The notes under the pieces were generated by a model. It was not told the origin of the DNA, ran no database searches, and saw only the letters and a list, made by a program, of their open reading frames with translations. From NCBI GenBank assembly GCA_040776945.1, contig JAXGZN010000001.1, positions 256,001-320,000 on the forward strand: DNA of 64,000 nucleotides. The letters run 5' to 3'. The position numbers and the translations under genes were made by a program. Positions 47,074-57,527 of the stretch are shown piece after piece; positions within the stretch are counted from its first letter, which is position 1; every line of letters begins with the position of its first letter. The DNA comes from Methanomassiliicoccaceae archaeon (GTDB lineage Archaea; Thermoplasmatota; Thermoplasmata; Methanomassiliicoccales; Methanomassiliicoccaceae).

Positions 47074-47619
47074 TCAGACCCATATGGCGTGCCTGCGCCT
47101 TAGAGAGGCCTCATTCTGCTCGGTCCTTTCCATTATAAGTGGGATCATCGAATCGAACATGACCAGCGCTGCGTCCTCGAAGATCGTTCCGAGCGGCGCA
47201 AGCCTCTTCTTTTGATCGTCCTTGGTCTGTCCGACCTCCAGGATGATATTTGATGCATGGCCTAGCTTGGAGTTGGGGTTCGAGGTGACCGAGATCACCC
47301 GAGCTCCCACCCTGCGGACGATATTGGCCGTCTGAACTGCGGACATGGTCTCCCCCGTATTGGACACTATGACCACCAGGTCCCCCTCATCCACGAAAGG
47401 GGTGGTCATGTCGCCGACGAAGTGAACGTCGAATCCCATCTGGACCAGCCTGACGGCGAACGCCTGGCCTATCAGGCCGGACCGCCCTACCCCATAGATG
47501 AAGATCTTCTTGGCATCTATGAACTCCTCGATGGTCTGTTTGACGGCCTCAGGGTCCACGTTGGCCAACGCTTCCTTGACGTTCCTCATTATGTAATCCA
47601 AGGATTCTTTCATGGTCAC
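47074..47619 (-). CDS. hxlB: 6-phospho-3-hexuloisomerase (SIS domain)
   Basis: GVGRSG, FAVRL, SNTGET, APLGTIFE and RRHA motifs. Confidence 0.85.
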   Translation of the reverse strand: MTMKESLDYIMRNVKEALANVDPEAVKQTIEEFIDAKKIFIYGVGRSGLIGQAFAVRLVQMGFDVHFVGDMTTPFVDEGDLVVIVSNTGETMSAVQTANIVRRVGARVISVTSNPNSKLGHASNIILEVGQTKDDQKKRLAPLGTIFEDAALVMFDSMIPLIMERTEQNEASLRRRHAIWV

Positions 47620-48860
47620 CGCTTCTTCTTGGCCGCGGCTGCCGGTCTGGAAGTGGGCTTGGCTGAGACGTTGGACTTGGTCTGGTTCTTCGAAGCGGTC
47701 TTCGACCTCTCGGAGGATTTGGGGGCCGCCTTCTTTTCGGCCTTGGGCCTGGACCGCGGGACCTCGCTCTCATCGACGCCCTCTATTTCCTCGACCAGGC
47801 CATCATAGTCAACCTCTTCCTCCTCTTCCTTGTCCTTCTCGGGCCTCTTGGCCTTGCTCTCCTTAGCCACCCGCTTGGTGAGGACCCGCTCGTAGATGAC
47901 CTTCATATACATGGCGTCGTGCTCGAGGAGCGGAGAGGACGAGATTATTGTTATGTTAGGGTTCTCCTCTGCGAGGTAATCGGCAAGAGGTTCGAACTTG
48001 AGATCGCCCTTCTTGATCGGGGTTATCCTCCGCTCATTCCCTCCCTCATGCTCCACGCCGGAAAAGTGGGTATAGAACTCACCGTCCACGTAATCCCGGA
48101 CCTTATCGAGCAGGGCCCCGAAATCAGAAGGATCGCGGAGGGAGCCGTTGTCACGGGCATGGGCATGGGCGAAGTTGATCACCGGGACCGTTCCCTTTAT
48201 CTGATCGCACATCTCCAAAACCTCATCGAGGGAGCCGAACACCTCCTGCCGGCCACTGGTCTCGAACCCCAAGAGAGGCTTGAGCTTGTTCTCCTCCCAC
48301 CACTCCATTATCGAGGAGATGTTATCTGTAATGTTCTTCTTGGCCTGCTTTTTGGTCTTGTCCGGTGCCAGGCCGAGATGGGTGATGACCATGTTTCCGT
48401 CCATCTGATCGGTCATTATACCTGCCCATCGGATGTTGTCCATGCATCTGGCTGTCAGCTCGGAATTGCTGGCCAGGTCCATGTAATATGGTGTGTGCAT
48501 GGACAGCTGGACATCCATCTCCTTCCCCATCTGCCCCAGTTCGCGGAGCTCTATGAAGTTCTGGGCCAATCCAGATGCCAGAGTGATCAGGGCGTCGTCC
48601 TCTCTGATCCTTTCGGTGGGCTTGGTGATCCTCACCTCCTTCTTGTTCTTCACCCTGACGATCTCCATTATGAGATCGCTCTCCACCTGCAAGGGGGTGA
48701 GCCCCACCTCCTCCTCGTCCGGAAAACGATCGAAGACGTTCACTCTGACCATCTGGACCTCCATTGCGTTCAGACCTAATCCATGTACGTCCTCGATGCC
48801 GTCCCTGAGGGTCCTGCCCTTACAGGAGAGTGGTATGCCTGCTGGACCAAAGCGGATCAT
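47616..48860 (-). CDS. Endonuclease IV-like TIM-barrel protein with acidic then Lys-rich tail
   Basis: RFGPAGIP, SMHTPYY, ETSGR, FAHAHAR and HFSG motifs. Confidence 0.82.
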   Translation of the reverse strand: MIRFGPAGIPLSCKGRTLRDGIEDVHGLGLNAMEVQMVRVNVFDRFPDEEEVGLTPLQVESDLIMEIVRVKNKKEVRITKPTERIREDDALITLASGLAQNFIELRELGQMGKEMDVQLSMHTPYYMDLASNSELTARCMDNIRWAGIMTDQMDGNMVITHLGLAPDKTKKQAKKNITDNISSIMEWWEENKLKPLLGFETSGRQEVFGSLDEVLEMCDQIKGTVPVINFAHAHARDNGSLRDPSDFGALLDKVRDYVDGEFYTHFSGVEHEGGNERRITPIKKGDLKFEPLADYLAEENPNITIISSSPLLEHDAMYMKVIYERVLTKRVAKESKAKRPEKDKEEEEEVDYDGLVEEIEGVDESEVPRSRPKAEKKAAPKSSERSKTASKNQTKSNVSAKPTSRPAAAAKKKR

Positions 48861-49046
48861 GATTACACCAATACGCCTAAGTTTCCCCTAAAGAGTTACT
48901 GATTATGGAGATTTGCATATATAATTGCTGTTGAAGAGCGACTACCACTGGAGGGGATGTGGATATAATAAACTTGTCATTCCCGGGGAAAGGGAACCGC
49001 TACACAATCCTTTTGACTTTGCAGCCCTTCACCCGCCTCGGTTGGG

Positions 49047-52000
49047 ATGAGCACTCTGTCAGCGGACACCATAGACGTACGTATCGAAAGATGGAGGAAG
49101 AGCCTGGTGGACACCAGTCTCCGCAATCGGCTGCTGGACGTAAAGGAGAGCCGCCTGGGATGCCTAAGGCTTACCAGTCCGTCGCCCCAGGACATCTGTG
49201 GAGCCCTGGTCGCTTTGAAAGGCACGCTCTTCGTCGAGATCGGCCCAAACGGTTCAGCCTCCTTTTTCTCCCAAGAAGGCCTGTCGCCCCAAAGATCGGC
49301 GGAAGCTCCCAAGGGCGACCGAACGCTTATGATGATGCGTACTAAGGCCCGGGAGGCCATGCGTGAGCAGGGGGTGAACATCCTGTTCCTAACCCTTGGG
49401 ACCCTGGAATGGTCGAGCGAGGGGACCCAGGGGCAGAGGGTCCAATCCCCGTTGGTCCTCGTTCCAGTGGAGATCGGGCGCTCCAGTCCTCTTGATCCCT
49501 ATACTCTGAAGGCCACAGGGGAGGCCATAGGCAATCCGACCCTGGCCCACAAGCTCCGGTCTGAGCTTGGCATCACCCTCCCGGTCCTGCCGGACGGCAC
49601 TCTTGAGCTATCGGCCTACCTTGACACCGTAGCCAATAGCGTCCAGCGTTTCGGTTGGAAGGTGAGCGACAGCTCTTACCTTGGGTTGTTCAAGTTCCCC
49701 AAGATGTGCATGTTCGATGAGCTTGGACAGTACCGGGCAGCAGCGGCCGCTCACCCGGTCATCAGGGCATTGGCAGGGGAGACGGCGAACCTTCAGGCTG
49801 CAACCATCAAGAGCGCCGATGACGGCGTTGACCTGAAGGTACTGGATGCTGACTCCAGTCAGATTGAGGCGATCTCTCTCGCCTTGAGCGGCTCGAGCTT
49901 CGTGCTCCAAGGCCCTCCGGGCACCGGGAAGAGCCAGACCATCACCAACATCATCGCCGAGTCCATCTCCCGGGGACTCACTGTGCTCTTCGTCTCGGAG
50001 AAGATGGCCGCCCTGGAGGTGGTCAAGAAGCGGCTGGACGGTCGAGGTCTGGGAGATTTTTGCTTGGAGCTGCATGACCATGACGGCAGCCGGCAGGCGG
50101 TGGTCGAAGAGCTCTCTCGATGCGTCTTCATGCCTCCCTCCATGGAACAGCCTCTTACAGAAAGAGAGGAACTTGACCATGCCAGATCATATCTGGACGG
50201 TTATGTAGATGCCCTGCACCAGCAGCGCGATGGGATCGGGATCTCGTTCCGCGAACTGCTCTCCGAGCTTGCAGCTCTGCGATCGGCCCCTGATATTTCG
50301 ATGGGCTTCCCAAACCTTGGGCGACTGAGCTGGCGGGAGCTCCCCCCTCTGCTCCCGCTGATCCGTGACCTTGAGAGGTACTCTGCGGTGCTGGCTGCTG
50401 GGACGGACCACCCCTGGTCGGACTGCCTGATCGATTCGTGGAAGCTCAGCTCTCAGACCGAGGTCGTGCACCGCTTGTCGGCCCTAAAACTGGCCAGTGC
50501 CAGGATGAGGGAGGCGGCGGAGCAGTTCTCCCGATCGCTGGACCTTGAGGCCCCGAGCAGCCTGAAAGAGGTTAATGAGATGATCTCCCATCTGCGCGAG
50601 GTAAACCTGACCGCCTACCCTGACGAGAGATGGCTGGAGTCGGACCCCGCGCCCTTGTTCAAGCTTCTCGATGAGACACGTTCTGCGTACCAGGAGCTGG
50701 GAGATCGGATGGCATGGCTCCGCCAGAAGTATCGAGAGGACGTGCTCGCATTGGACCTGCACTCAATGCAGACCAGGTTCGAGAACGACCACCGCGGACC
50801 CATCAGGCGAATGTTCAGCTTCAGCTATCGCCGTGACATGGGCACCCTGCGCAGCCTCAACAGGGCGGCCCGAAAGCTTAACTTCGAAACGGCCAAGGAA
50901 GAGATAGGGGAGATAGTCCGCATATCCCAGTCGATCACTGGCCTGCATGCGATGGAGACGGAATGCGGGGAACGCCTAGGGAAGCACTTCCAGGGAGAGA
51001 ACACCGAGTGGGAGAAGGTGCGGGCAGCGATAAGCTGGACCAAGGACTACTATGACCGCTACGGAACCCCTTCCTCCCCCGGCCTGGTTCGCCTGCTTTG
51101 TTCTGGACCTGAGGTCTTGGTCGGCCTAAAGACCAAGGTGGACGAACTTCAGGACGTGGCGATGCGCATGGAGGAGGCTGTATCTGCTATCACCGAGCGG
51201 TTCCTCATGAGCAGACTGACCGCCGGGCGCACGGTGCATGAGGTGTCCTTCAACGAATTGATCGACTGGGCCCAGGCCCATGTGGAGGCGACGCCCAGGT
51301 TCCAGGAATGGGCCGAGGCCACCCGCGTAAAGAGGGAAGCGGCCGAGAAGGGGTTGGGCGATCTTCTTGTAATGGCCACGCAAGGATCTTTGCCAGACCG
51401 AGGACTGTGGGATGGAGTGAGGAAACGTTACCTGGTCCTGTGGCATGACCTCATAATATCCCGGGACCGTCGCCTCAGGGACTTCGATGGCGAGGCCCAT
51501 GAGCGGACGATAGAAAGGTTCACAGAACTGGACCGCCGGTGCATCGACCAGTCGGCCGGGCGGGCAAGAGCCCTCCTGGAAGCTCGTCGAGCTTCGTTAT
51601 GCGACCTTTCCTCTCCGGAGATGGGGAGCGGACTTTGGGTCCTGAAGCATGAGGTCAGCCGAAAAAGGAACCTCCGACCGATCAGGGAACTCTTCTCACA
51701 GGCCAGCGAGCCGATACAGGCCCTCAAGCCCTGCCTGCTGATGAGCCCCTTATCCGTATCCACCTTCCTGGACCCGTCAAAGGTCAGTTTCGACCTTGTG
51801 ATCTTCGACGAGGCCTCGCAGGTGAGGCCGGAGGACGCCATCGGCTCGATCATGCGGGCCAAGCAGGTCATTGTGGTCGGGGACGGCAAGCAGCTGCCAC
51901 CCACCGACTTCTTCCGGGAGGTCACCGATGAGGAGGAGGACGTCCCTGACCTGGAGAGCATCCTCGACGAGTGTTCATCTGCGATGCCGCAGCACATGCT

Positions 52001-53933
52001 ACTGTGGCACTACCGCTCCAGGCACGAATCGCTGATCGCCTTCTCCAACCGCCGGTTCTACGGCGGGCGTCTGATGACCTTCCCATCCGCCGTGGCCGAC
52101 CGTGAAGGGTTGGGGGTCTCCTTCGTACACGTCCCCGATGGCATCTACGACCGAGCTCGCAGTAGGAGGAACGCGAGGGAGGCCGAAAGGACCGCGGAAC
52201 TGGTCATAGACCATGTCATGAACAGGCCTGGGGAGTCGCTCGGCGTCATAGCGTTCAGCGAGGCCCAACAGATGGCCATCATCGAAGAGCTGGAAAGGGC
52301 GAGCGCTTCCTGTCCCGAACTGAGCCTCCTTCTCAACGACGAGAGCGATGAGGGGTTCTTCGTCAAGAACCTCGAGAACGTGCAGGGGGACGAGCGGGAC
52401 GTCATGATCTTCTCCGTCGGTTACGGCCGCGACGCTCAGGGCCGCATGCACCAGAACTTCGGACCCCTGAACAAGGCGGGCGGAGAGCGCCGGCTGAACG
52501 TTGCAATAACGAGAGCGAGGATGCATGTGAAGCTGGTGGCGTCCATACTCCCTGAGGACGTTGAAGGCACCACTCCCGGAGCGGAGGCCCTTAGGGAGTA
52601 TATGGCCTATGCCATGGGTCAGGGGGCCGCTGCTCGTCAGGCGGTAAGCGAGGAGGAAGGGGACCATCTGTTGAAGGAGGTCCGGGCTTGGTTGGAATCC
52701 AGAGGATTGGTGGTGGTGGAGAGGGTAGGCCGCTCTCTAGCCCGGATCGATCTGGCTGTCGCCGACCGCAACCGTCCCGGCAACTACGTTCTGGGCATCA
52801 TTGCCGACGGCCCGTCATATGCAAGGGCAGGCAATGCCCGGGACCGGGAACGACTTAGACAGGAGGTGCTCACCGGTCTGGGATGGAGCCTGCACCGGGT
52901 CTGGTCCCAAGAATGGATACGGGACAGGGACCGCGAGGGAGAGCGTATCCTGGAAGCGCTCGACCGAGCCCGGGCCGTTGCGGCAGAGAGGGCGCTCAGG
53001 GAGCAGGGATCGGGCCCGAAGGCTGTTCTGACGGCTACCTTCTCAGGGATGTCCGGCGATGCCGGTTTGGCCGAGATGGTGACCTTGAGCGCTGGACCGG
53101 AAGAGGCGGACCCCGCAGCCGTTCCGATCCTGTCAACGGCGAAAGCGGAGGGAGGGGCGGCATGGAGCACGATCTCGCCCCCAGCCCTACCTACGTCCGT
53201 CATGGAACCCCTTGTGCCCATGGCCTTGCCCGTGGAAGTTCCCAAGGGGGTCGATGAGGAAAGGACCGCGTGCACGGACGAAGAAGGCGCGGTCTCACGT
53301 CCTGAGGTCCCGTCCCAGGAGGAGCGGGAACTGCGGCCAAGATACGTGAGGACCGACCTGGTGGGCCACCGCTCGCTGGTTTCATCCTATCGCAGCGATC
53401 CATCGAGGACGCTCATGGAGGCCATGGAGGCCGTGGTCCTTATCGAAGGCCCTGTGCATATTTCGGTGGTCAAGGATCGCATCAGGGACCTGGTTGCCGC
53501 ATCCACCGGAAAACGCCCGGGCAACATGGAAAAGGCCATGAAGCAAGCGACCGCGGCTCTGGAAAGGTACTCTAAGGTACGGGTGGAGGGCGAGTTCCTA
53601 TGGCCCGTGGACAAGGTCGATGTCGCTCCCCGTATGTGCGAGGATTTCCGGCGAAGCGTCGATCATGTTTGCGACATGGAAATGGAAGCTATGGTGTTGT
53701 CCTTGGTCCCTAATGACCGTCCGATCGACCTTCGCGAGCTGGTGAGCGGAGTGTCGGCTTTGCTCGGCTACAAGCGCCCTACGCCTGCGATAAGGAGCAG
53801 GGTGGAACATGCGGTGGACGTTCTCAGCGATAAGGATACGGTGGTCTCCGAAGATGAGATCGAGGCGCAGGACACTAAGGCCGGACAGCCTAAGAACGAT
53901 GAGGTCCCCGTCGCCGAGCAGGCCTGTCCATGA
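49047..53933 (+). CDS. DUF4011 - SF1 (UPF1-like) helicase - Vsr-like nuclease - DUF3320 protein (Hhe-like), copy 1
   Basis: WRKSLVD.SLRNRLL, QGPPGTGKSQT, DEASQ, GDGKQLPP, HYRSRHE, VQGDERD, RRLNVAITRAR, RDRERLR..L..LGW..HRVWS. Confidence 0.9.
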   Translation: MSTLSADTIDVRIERWRKSLVDTSLRNRLLDVKESRLGCLRLTSPSPQDICGALVALKGTLFVEIGPNGSASFFSQEGLSPQRSAEAPKGDRTLMMMRTKAREAMREQGVNILFLTLGTLEWSSEGTQGQRVQSPLVLVPVEIGRSSPLDPYTLKATGEAIGNPTLAHKLRSELGITLPVLPDGTLELSAYLDTVANSVQRFGWKVSDSSYLGLFKFPKMCMFDELGQYRAAAAAHPVIRALAGETANLQAATIKSADDGVDLKVLDADSSQIEAISLALSGSSFVLQGPPGTGKSQTITNIIAESISRGLTVLFVSEKMAALEVVKKRLDGRGLGDFCLELHDHDGSRQAVVEELSRCVFMPPSMEQPLTEREELDHARSYLDGYVDALHQQRDGIGISFRELLSELAALRSAPDISMGFPNLGRLSWRELPPLLPLIRDLERYSAVLAAGTDHPWSDCLIDSWKLSSQTEVVHRLSALKLASARMREAAEQFSRSLDLEAPSSLKEVNEMISHLREVNLTAYPDERWLESDPAPLFKLLDETRSAYQELGDRMAWLRQKYREDVLALDLHSMQTRFENDHRGPIRRMFSFSYRRDMGTLRSLNRAARKLNFETAKEEIGEIVRISQSITGLHAMETECGERLGKHFQGENTEWEKVRAAISWTKDYYDRYGTPSSPGLVRLLCSGPEVLVGLKTKVDELQDVAMRMEEAVSAITERFLMSRLTAGRTVHEVSFNELIDWAQAHVEATPRFQEWAEATRVKREAAEKGLGDLLVMATQGSLPDRGLWDGVRKRYLVLWHDLIISRDRRLRDFDGEAHERTIERFTELDRRCIDQSAGRARALLEARRASLCDLSSPEMGSGLWVLKHEVSRKRNLRPIRELFSQASEPIQALKPCLLMSPLSVSTFLDPSKVSFDLVIFDEASQVRPEDAIGSIMRAKQVIVVGDGKQLPPTDFFREVTDEEEDVPDLESILDECSSAMPQHMLLWHYRSRHESLIAFSNRRFYGGRLMTFPSAVADREGLGVSFVHVPDGIYDRARSRRNAREAERTAELVIDHVMNRPGESLGVIAFSEAQQMAIIEELERASASCPELSLLLNDESDEGFFVKNLENVQGDERDVMIFSVGYGRDAQGRMHQNFGPLNKAGGERRLNVAITRARMHVKLVASILPEDVEGTTPGAEALREYMAYAMGQGAAARQAVSEEEGDHLLKEVRAWLESRGLVVVERVGRSLARIDLAVADRNRPGNYVLGIIADGPSYARAGNARDRERLRQEVLTGLGWSLHRVWSQEWIRDRDREGERILEALDRARAVAAERALREQGSGPKAVLTATFSGMSGDAGLAEMVTLSAGPEEADPAAVPILSTAKAEGGAAWSTISPPALPTSVMEPLVPMALPVEVPKGVDEERTACTDEEGAVSRPEVPSQEERELRPRYVRTDLVGHRSLVSSYRSDPSRTLMEAMEAVVLIEGPVHISVVKDRIRDLVAASTGKRPGNMEKAMKQATAALERYSKVRVEGEFLWPVDKVDVAPRMCEDFRRSVDHVCDMEMEAMVLSLVPNDRPIDLRELVSGVSALLGYKRPTPAIRSRVEHAVDVLSDKDTVVSEDEIEAQDTKAGQPKNDEVPVAEQACP

Positions 53934-56900
53934 TGGCCCCCGCCAAATGCCGCAAACCCCTTGACCATACCTTTTTCCCTCGAAGCGATACTTGACCGGG
54001 GAACCCCATATGTCTTCATCCTCCTCATTTGACAGAAAGCTCGAGCACTGGCGGCAGAACCTGCTGGATATGACCTTCCGCAACCGCATGCTGAACTTCA
54101 GGCCGCGGTCCGCGGTACGGATGGTCCGACCTGACGCCCGGGCCATCTTCGATCTCCTTGTCAGGGACGAACGCATGCTGACGGTGAGGGAGCTGTCAGA
54201 GGAGGATGGCGCTCAGCCTGCGGATAGCATCATCATGAACGCTGGCGAGGTCCTGCCGGCATACGGCCCTCGTGGGCTCACGGACGACCTCAGAAGGATG
54301 AGGCTAAGGGCCCGAGCACACCTCCAGGAGCAGGGGGCCAACATCCTTTTTATGGCCTTCGGGATGGTGCGATGGTATGAGACGCCGAAGAGCTCCGAGG
54401 AGCTGTTGTCCCCGCTGGTCATGGTACCGGTGGAACTTCTGAAGGAGGGCCCTGCGCGCCCGTTCAAGGTACGCGCCTCCGGCGACGATATCACTGTCAA
54501 CCCCAATCTCATGTTCAAGCTCAGCACGGAATATTGGCTGTCCCTTCCCGAGTGGCCGGAGGAACCCATGGACCTGGAAGACTATCTTCTCCAGGTCAGA
54601 GGCGCACTGTCGGAGATGCCCCGTTGGAAGGTCGACGCGGATGCATATCTTGGCCTGTTCTCTTTCTCCAAGCTCAGCATGTATCGAGAGCTCGAGGACC
54701 AGAGGCCCCGGCTTGCCGCGCATCCCTTCATCAACGCCCTTGCCGGGGACCATTCCCTGCTGCCCATGGTGCCCGAGCATCCCACGGCCGATACCCTCGA
54801 CGCTGCGGTCCGACCATCTGACACCTTCCAAGTGTTGGACGCAGACTCCAGCCAGCAGGAGGCCGTCGAGATGTCCAAGAGGGGCATCAGCTTCGTGCTC
54901 CAGGGCCCTCCGGGCACTGGAAAGAGCCAGACCATCACCAACATCATCGCTGAGGCTTTGGCCGCAGACCGCACGGTGTTGTTCGTCTCTGAGAAAATGG
55001 CAGCCCTTGAGGTCGTGAAGAAACGCCTAGACGAGAAAGGACTCGGGGATTATTGCCTGGAGATACATAGCCGCAAGGTCAGCAAATCGGCTGTGATGGA
55101 CGAGCTGCGCAGGAGCATGATGCCCCTTCCTGTCGAGACGGCCCCCTCCGACGACCTTCAACGCTTGGAGCGGACCCGGGAAGAGCTGAACGGATATGTG
55201 GACGCCCTTCACAGACCGCGAGGGAGGATGGAACGGTCGGCATATTACGTCTACGGCCGTCTGGCGGCCCTAGAGGGTATGCCAGACCTACCGGTCCAAG
55301 TTCCAGACGTGATGAGCGTTGGCCTCTCGGACCTTGACGACAGGCTCAGACTGGTAAGGAGGGTAGAGAGCATGAGGGGCGTCGTTGAAGGGATGGACCA
55401 GCATCCCTGGCGCGATCTGCGGACCAGTGGGTGGATGCCTGGGAACGAGGTGGTCGTAGGCATCTCCCTCCAAAAGCTTCGAGATGCCATTTCCCGCCTA
55501 TCTGAAAGCTGTGCAAAGATCTCAGCTATGACCGGAATGAACGGACCAAGCAATCTGGATGATACCAGGACATTCATCGGCCTCCTCGGACAAGCATCCA
55601 GGACCCCTTTTCCCGAGGTCTCGTGGATATCCGCCGGGCGACCGGAGAGGCTTCTAAGCGATATCAGCCAACTTGAGGAGATGCGCTCCAAGCTGGCTTT
55701 TTATCGAAAGTGGTCAGAGGATAACTACAATGGCGATGTGATCACCCTCGAAGCGGAAAGCATTTCGGCCCGGTTCGAAAGCCGCTATAGAACCCCGCTC
55801 CGCGTGCTCAGTGGCGAGTATAGAAAGGACATCGCGTCGCTGCGGGGGGCCCGCAGGACCGCCGGGAAGCTTAGATACGCTGACGCGGCCGCCGACCTTC
55901 GCAGACTGGTGACCCTCAGGGAACTGGAGAGACGCGTGGTCGAGACCGAAGGGGCCATAGGCGCAGAGATCGGACCAAGGTTCAGGGGAAAGATGACCGA
56001 TTGGGACGAGGTGGCCGCCAGCCTGCGATGGACCTCTGAGTTCATCGGCGCCGCGGGCCATCCTCTGGCCCCTCAGCTCATCGCCATGCTCAGCGACAGA
56101 GGCGGCAGGGTGCGGGACCTGCGTCTGGCGGTTGAGGGCGCGGAGGCGGAGCTGGGCGAACTAGAAGGCTCCTTGGAGTGGTTGGGGAATAACTTCATGC
56201 TCGGACCTCCGGAAGAGTTGCGGACCATGCCGTTCGAGCGCCTTGACCAATGGGCGGCCGACCACCTAGCGGCGGCCCCTTCCATGAAGGAATGGATCGA
56301 GGTCTCGGCCCTCGCCCGGAGCTGTCGGGAGAACGGGTTGGGCGAGATCATCGACCTCGGGCGCAGGGGAGCTCTTCCTCCGGCCGACCTGGCCGGAGCG
56401 TACGAAAAGAGGGCCTTCAAGGCATGGTTGGACCAAGCATATCACGATGATCCGGTGCTCAAGGGGTTCAACGGTGATGAGCATGCCCGCGCCGTGGCCC
56501 TGTTCAGACGCTTGGACGAAAGGCAGATGGAGATCGCCCAAAGGCGATTGAGGAACCTGCTGAATGTCAGGAGGGAGCAGGCGCTGAGACCTCAAGGCCC
56601 GATATCCGAGGAGCTTGCATCACTGCGCCATGAAACGGCGAAGAAGAAGAGGTTCAAGCAGATCCGACAGCTCTTTCGGGAATGCCCCGGCATCATACAG
56701 GCCCTCAAGCCCTGCTTGCTGATGAGCCCCATATCTGTTAGCCAATATCTTGACCCAGAGGCCCTGGGGTTCGACCTTGTGATCTTCGACGAGGCCTCGC
56801 AGGTGAGGCCAGAGGACGCTATCGGCTCGATCATGCGGGCCAAGCAGGTCATTGTGGTCGGGGACGGCAAGCAGCTGCCGCCAACATCGTTCTTCAGAGG

Positions 56901-57527
56901 CGAGGCCGGCGAGGAGGAGGACATGGAGGATCTGGAGAGCATCCTTGATGAATGCTCGGCCATCAACATCAAGCAGCACATGCTACTGTGGCACTACCGC
57001 TCCAGGCACGAATCGTTGATCGCCTTCTCCAACCGCCGGTTCTACGGGGGAAGATTGTTCACATTCCCTTCGTCCGGCCGGGAGGAGGGGGAATGGGGAG
57101 TATCCTTCACCAGGGTCCAGGATGGCATATATGACCGCTCCGGGACCAGGACCAACGTGGTCGAGGCGAGAAAGGTGGCTGAACTGGTGTTCGATCACTT
57201 CTCCGCCACACCTGAACGTTCTTTGGGCGTCATAGCGTTCAGCGAGGCCCAACAGATGGCCATCATCGATCAGCTGGACACTCTACGTCGCCAGAGGCCT
57301 GAGTTCGAGAGATTTTTCGCGGAAGGCGACGCGCAGGAGTTCTTCGTCAAGAACCTCGAGAACGTGCAGGGGGACGAGCGGGACGTCATGATCTTCTCCG
57401 TCGGTTACGGCCGCGACGCTCAGGGCCGCATGCACCAGAACTTCGGACCCCTGAACAAGGCGGGCGGAGAGCGCCGGCTGAACGTTGCCATAACGAGAGC
57501 GAGGATGCACGTGAAGCTGGTGGCGTC
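52355..57527. repeat. Near-identical direct repeat between the helicase paralogs (52355-52543 and 57339-57527)
   Basis: About 189 bp with 2 mismatches by eye. Further patches at 51789-51898/56770-56879, 51989-52063/56973-57047 and 52242-52285/57226-57269. Confidence 0.85.
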
